From: Macrostomum lignano
Lineage: Eukaryota
DNA length: 64,000 nucleotides
Reading direction: 5' to 3'
Assembly: GCA_002269645.1 (NCBI GenBank)
Contig: NIVC01000808.1
Coordinates: 377,532-441,531 of the forward strand
A program made the translations under genes and the position numbers. Positions within the stretch are counted from its first letter, which is position 1. Each line of letters starts with the position of its first letter. Positions 59,100 to 64,000 of this stretch are shown piece by piece. Under the pieces are notes generated by a model that ran no database searches, was not told where the DNA came from, and saw only the letters and a list, made by a program, of their open reading frames with translations.

Positions 59100-60127
59100 C
59101 GTCGAACTCGCATCAGCTCGGATTCAGCTCGCATACGGCTATATGCCATCAAGTATCTGCAGCAGTGCACAGGTACTCTAAAACCAAGTGGCAAGTGTTC
59201 CTGCATCCAACAGCGAGAGCGAGACAAACCCCCGCCATCACGTGACCGCGAGTCACCCCTTAGCTGGCCAACCAGAAGCTACCTGCCCGACTGCCTGCAA
59301 GTTTTCGTCCTTTGGGGTTGCGCGCAACGATACCCCAGTCAGAATCAACGCCAGTCAGAGTCAACCAATCGAGACTGCACTACAAGTACAAGCGCCAAGA
59401 GACCAACTGACCAACAACAAATTGAGCTTAAGCCGGGAGGCCAAGCCAACGCCGGCGGCAACCCAGGACTACACCGAATCACGTGGCAGTGGCAGGAGAC
59501 CAGCTAGGTGAGGGAGTTTTCTTAGTATTCAACTCTGCATAGGAACATAGGGCCTGTCTGGCAGAGCCAGTATAATATTTTCTGGGTTAGTCTAATTTTT
59601 CTAGGAATTGTAGTGAGGCTCTTTAACTCTACCAGACTTCTTTCGTGTTTTTATTATCTGGCCTTTCCTCTCGCCACTCTCTGGCAAAGCAATATCTGTC
59701 ATATCTCGTCTCCTAATGTCCTCTTCTAACGAAGAAAGTGATGAGGCCTTGTCGCCCAATGGGGCTGCTGGCCAGGGCCAGCAGGTTTTACAGTTGCAGA
59801 CAGAGAGTAGCACTTCAACGCCACCTGAAGCTGGTGCCTCAAGCCAACAGGCTGCACAGGTTGGAGACACAAGCAGGGATGCGAAACCACCACATGGTAT
59901 GGCAGACCAGTCAGACTTAAGTAAGGTCCTCCAGACTCTAACAATGATCCTAGAGAAAACTTGTGACAGAGAGGCTTCCGCAGCAGCTGAGAAACTTTCA
60001 AACTCGAGCCAAAGCTACGACCACCACCACCCTTTCAACCCCAAATGAATTTCGAACTATGGGAGACACAGTTTCTGACTTATGTTGAAGCTCATCATGT
60101 CCAACACCTCAGCAACCAGCTGTCCTA

Positions 60128-61633
60128 TTGTCAATGCTCGCACCTGAGTGCCAAGAATTCATTTTTAACAACTCTCTGCACCGCGAGTCCATTCAAACTG
60201 CACTAAAAAGTCTGAAAGATCGATTCACAGATTCGGGAACAGAACACAAAAGCTACTTAGAGCTTGCGGTTGCCGAACAGTTAAACTCGGAAACAACACA
60301 GGAGTTCTTTGACAGACTAACAAGACTATCAAAGTCTGCTAATCTTAAAAAACCTACCGCCGAACCCTTGGTGCGAGCTCGGTTTTGCTATGGTCTGAGA
60401 GATAAGGGTCTTGCTGAAAGACTGATCCTCCTGGGTCAAGAAAACCCAACATGGTCTGCTGAAGATTTAGCAAAAAAGGCCAGGGAAATTGCCGGTGTCA
60501 AGAAGCTCTTATCTAGTGAAGTAACTCCAGTCATCAGAGCTGCCGCCCCTGACAGAACAGCAGAATTAGAAGCCCGAATCCGCGAGCTTGAAAAACTAGT
60601 TCAACAGAATCAGACCACTCAGTCTTCAGATCATAATTCAAAAGATTTTCAGAACTTTCCTTCACAAGTGCCGCCTGTCAATCTGGGACAATCTGGCCAG
60701 TACAAGAACAGTAGTCGTTGGTCTAAATCCCCTAAGCGATGCAATCGGTGCAGCGACCATGACCATTTAACTGCGGACTGCCCGAAACCACCGCCCTCCA
60801 ATGGGGTAGGGGCAGGTGGAAGACCAACTGGTATGGCCCCAATGATGGAAATAGGAACCATAACGGTTTGGAAAGGTGGATTTGGCTTTATCCAGCCAAG
60901 TCAGATGCCAGACTCCCTCTTTTGCCATTATTCCAGCCTTGACAACGAGTTAAAACAGGTTGCAAACAGCCATCAGTTAGTAGGCACAACTGTGCAATTC
61001 TTACGCCGAGCAGATCCTGGTCACAAACATGATAGAGCAGTAGGGGTCTGTCGCTACCAAATGCCTGTCCGATGTGACCAATCCTGGGCGGCCGATACTC
61101 CAGTCGAGTCTAGTATGTTTGTGCAGTTGGGAATTGGAGACAACAAGGTCATCGCTTGCCTTGATTCAGGTTGCAATGCAAGCGTCATGGGCACCAAAGT
61201 CAGAGACCAACTGATTGCAAACGATCCAATCAACAATACATTTATTCCTGCTAGAAAATACCAAGCTGCAACAGCATTTAATGGTACCTCGACACAGATT
61301 CTAGGCACCCTACACTGTGAAGTCAAGCTGGGCAAAATATCACAGACTCACGTGTTCCTAGTCACAGAAGGTCAAGTTACAGACGTCCTCTTAGGAATAG
61401 ACTTTATGAGAGGTTTTAACGTGAACCTGCTTGTTGCAGATGGTCAGGTAACTGTAGCGGGCGAAGTGGTACCTGTGATTGAAGGCGATCGGGGAGTCTT
61501 TCAAGCTCGCAGAGTCACTGCAGCTTGCAACGTGCAGTTACCCCCCAGATCAGAGACCATGGTGCCAAGCCGAGTCATTGGTGCAGATCCTGGCTCTCCT
61601 GGATTCCTGGGCACCAAGCTCTTTTGTTTCTGA
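60128..61633 (+). CDS. Gypsy Gag + zinc knuckle + cold-shock-like domain + aspartic protease ORF
   Basis: CNRCSDHDHLTADC at 60740-60781, CSD-like segment at 60845-61054, and LDSG at about 61160-61171, all in one uninterrupted frame. The upstream ORF 59716-60048 is probably the frameshifted Gag N-terminus. Confidence 0.85.
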   Translation: MSMLAPECQEFIFNNSLHRESIQTALKSLKDRFTDSGTEHKSYLELAVAEQLNSETTQEFFDRLTRLSKSANLKKPTAEPLVRARFCYGLRDKGLAERLILLGQENPTWSAEDLAKKAREIAGVKKLLSSEVTPVIRAAAPDRTAELEARIRELEKLVQQNQTTQSSDHNSKDFQNFPSQVPPVNLGQSGQYKNSSRWSKSPKRCNRCSDHDHLTADCPKPPPSNGVGAGGRPTGMAPMMEIGTITVWKGGFGFIQPSQMPDSLFCHYSSLDNELKQVANSHQLVGTTVQFLRRADPGHKHDRAVGVCRYQMPVRCDQSWAADTPVESSMFVQLGIGDNKVIACLDSGCNASVMGTKVRDQLIANDPINNTFIPARKYQAATAFNGTSTQILGTLHCEVKLGKISQTHVFLVTEGQVTDVLLGIDFMRGFNVNLLVADGQVTVAGEVVPVIEGDRGVFQARRVTAACNVQLPPRSETMVPSRVIGADPGSPGFLGTKLFCF

Positions 61634-64000
61634 CTCGGAATTCTTTGTGGCTCATTCTGTGGATAGTGTGAGCAGCACTGGTCATGTCCTGGTACGCCTA
61701 TTGAATAGTGGCAACCAGCCGTCCGAAATTGCTGCGGGACAGGAGATCGCCTCCTTTCAAAGCTTAAGAGTTGGTGAGACCATCTCGCACACTGCTCTCA
61801 CCGAGAAGGACTTCTCAGTTAGCAGTTCCAAAGATCTGGGAACCAAGCTTGCTAAACTTCCTGACCCTGATCTTGGCACAGCATCTTGGCTAAAGAAGCA
61901 GTTCAAACTAGAAGAGTCCACCCTGTCAGAAACCCAGTTGACAATAACATTAAAACTGTTAAACTATTTCCTCAGTGCGATATCTAAAAGTGACACGGAT
62001 TTAGGGAAAACACACCTTCACGAGATGGCTATTGAGCTCAACGAACCAACCTGCCGACCCATCTCGCAACCCTCAAGACGCACAACACCAGCGCAAAAAG
62101 AATTTTTAGATCGGCACATAAACCAGCTAATTGAACAAGGAGTATCGAAGAAAGCAACTCAGAATGGGCTTCTCCCATAGTCTTAGTTAGGAAAAAAGAC
62201 GGCTCGCAGCGCCTTTGCATTGATTACCGTAGTGTCAACAAAGTCATAAAACCGTGCACCTTTCCGCTGCCTCTAATAGAGGAGTCCTTTGATAGCTTAG
62301 CGGGGTCAAAGGTATTCTCAAGTTTAGATCTTACATCTGCCTACTGGCAGGTAGGTATCCGAGAACAGGACCGTGATCTCACGGCCTTCACATGTCCCCA
62401 GGGGACCTATCGCTGGAAAGTTGTCCCATTCGGGATAAAAACAGCCCCAGCGAACTTTGCCAAGTTGATGCACAAAGTTTTCCGACCTTTATTAATGCGC
62501 GTCAGCCTCATATACTTGGACGACATCATTATAAAAGCCAGAGACAATGACGAAATGATCGTCCACCTGGCCCTTGTCCTTTGGCAACTTAAAAAGGCCA
62601 ATCTAAAAATCAAGCCATCGAAATGTGAACTTTTTAAGGATCGAGTTCGTTTCTTAGGATTCGTCGTCTCCTCCCAGGGCATAGAAGCAGATCCGACTAA
62701 GATCGACGCTGTTAGAAACTGGTGCAAGCCAACAGACAAGAGGCAATTACTAGCTTTTCTTGGATTCGCGAATTACTACAGGAAATTTGTAGCTCGATTT
62801 TCTGTAATCGCATCTCCTCTGTATTCGTTGGCCAAAGGGTCATCAAAATTCTGCTTGGCTCGAACATCACGACAGAGCATTTGAAGAGTTGAAGGCCAAT
62901 TTATGTGCTCCTCCAGTTCTAGCATATCCTGACCTCAAGCCGTCAGCTGGGCCCTTCATCTTGGACTGTGACTCCTCGCTCGAAGGAGTTGGCGGAGTAT
63001 TGTCACAAGAAGGCCCAGATGGACAAGAGCACGTTGTGGCGTACGCGTCCAAGAAATTCACGCACTCCCAGCGGAACTATTGTGCTACTATGCGCGAACT
63101 ACTTGGCTTGGTCATTATGTTAGAACACTTCAGAACGTATCTCTTGGACCGCAGTTTTCTGGTGCGTTCCGATGCAGCAGCCTTGCAGTGGCTGCACACC
63201 AAAAAACATAGCACGGGCATGCTAGCTCAGTGGCTGGCAACCATTGACGTCTACAACTTTAAGGTATGTCAGACACCACTGGAACGACTTGCGGAGTATG
63301 ACTTCTCAGTGGAGCATCGTCCTGGCCGTGATCATGTTAACGCGGATATGCTCAGCGCAACCCCAGGTTTAGGTCAGATCACCATGACTGCCCAACGTGC
63401 AGCAAAATCCCTGCTTTCCAAGACAAATTTAGGAAGTTGGAGGAGCAAAGGTGCCAGGACGAGGATGAGGATACAGACAGCATGCCCGCTGTGCAGCTGA
63501 GAACAGCACAAATAGACGCTTGCTGCCAGACGGAGCCCACCAATCAAACCAAGAGCCGAAGTATCCTTCCGAGATTTTGACCAGCCATGAAGGGTCGGAT
63601 GAGTCAGAAGCCATCGGTCCTTAGCTTGCCTTCGACAGCCCAGGAACCGGACCCGGAGGGAGAAACATCTGAGGATGAAGATGTCAGAAATTCCGAGAAT
63701 CTATGGCTAGAGAAGCTCAAGAATCTAGCACAGATCTCGTGAGATTGATTGAGGGCCGTTGAAGGAAATCTCCAAGACTAACTAAGTTGAAGTCCAGGAC
63801 TGCAGTCGTGAAATTCGAACGCTTTGGGCCATGTTTGACGAACTCGAGGTGTAAATGGCCTTCTGACTCGCGTCAAACCCGCTAAGCAGGGCCAAGTCAG
63901 TCAGCGACTCATAATCATACCAGAGACAGCAGATGTTGATGAGCTAGTTTCCTGCTATCACAGAGACATTAATCACTGCGGAATCAACAAAACAGTCCGG
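61479..64000 (+). pseudogene. Gypsy pol (RT, RNase H, integrase start), interrupted by several frameshifts
   Basis: Motif-bearing segments are spread over different frames (61479-62180, about 62170-62884, 62889-63500, about 63850-64000). Confidence 0.85.

Larger units (their letters stand above)
58625..64000 (+). mobile_element. Ty3/gypsy LTR retrotransposon (LTR-PBS-gag-CSD-PR-RT-RH-start of IN), runs off the window end
   Basis: Domain order is CCHC knuckle, protease LDSG, RT (YWQV, PFG, YLDD at about 62513), RNase H (LDCDSS, NYCATMRELL), then integrase H-x-H start (YHRDINHCGINKT). This is the gypsy order. Confidence 0.95.

Overview
Eukaryotic (metazoan) genomic DNA. GC-rich exons sit in AT-rich spacers, and most introns are filled by mini- or microsatellites. 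This style suggests a free-living flatworm such as Macrostomum, which is an inference I cannot confirm from sequence alone. By manual exon joining with GT-AG sites and phase checks I can support: an ornithine decarboxylase antizyme gene with a +1 frameshift site (UUU-UGA) and a 3' pseudoknot; CCDC83 (5 exons, minus) head-to-head with an orphan 3-exon coiled-coil gene across an RFX X-box; MsrA (3 exons, minus); a 24-exon phospholipase C-beta (minus, about 1261 aa); a small orphan membrane-protein ORF; and a single-ORF protein with two atypical LIM-like domains. Mobile DNA includes a decayed RTE-like LINE, an RNase H-bearing LINE 3' end, a solo LTR, two hAT-type MITEs with 8-bp TSDs, two CORE-like tRNA-SINE copies and the 5' part of a Ty3/gypsy LTR retrotransposon. 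The standout observation is that the gypsy Gag-protease ORF carries an in-frame cold-shock-like RNA-binding domain between the CCHC zinc knuckle and the protease. Most long ORFs in the supplied track are artefacts of tandem repeats.
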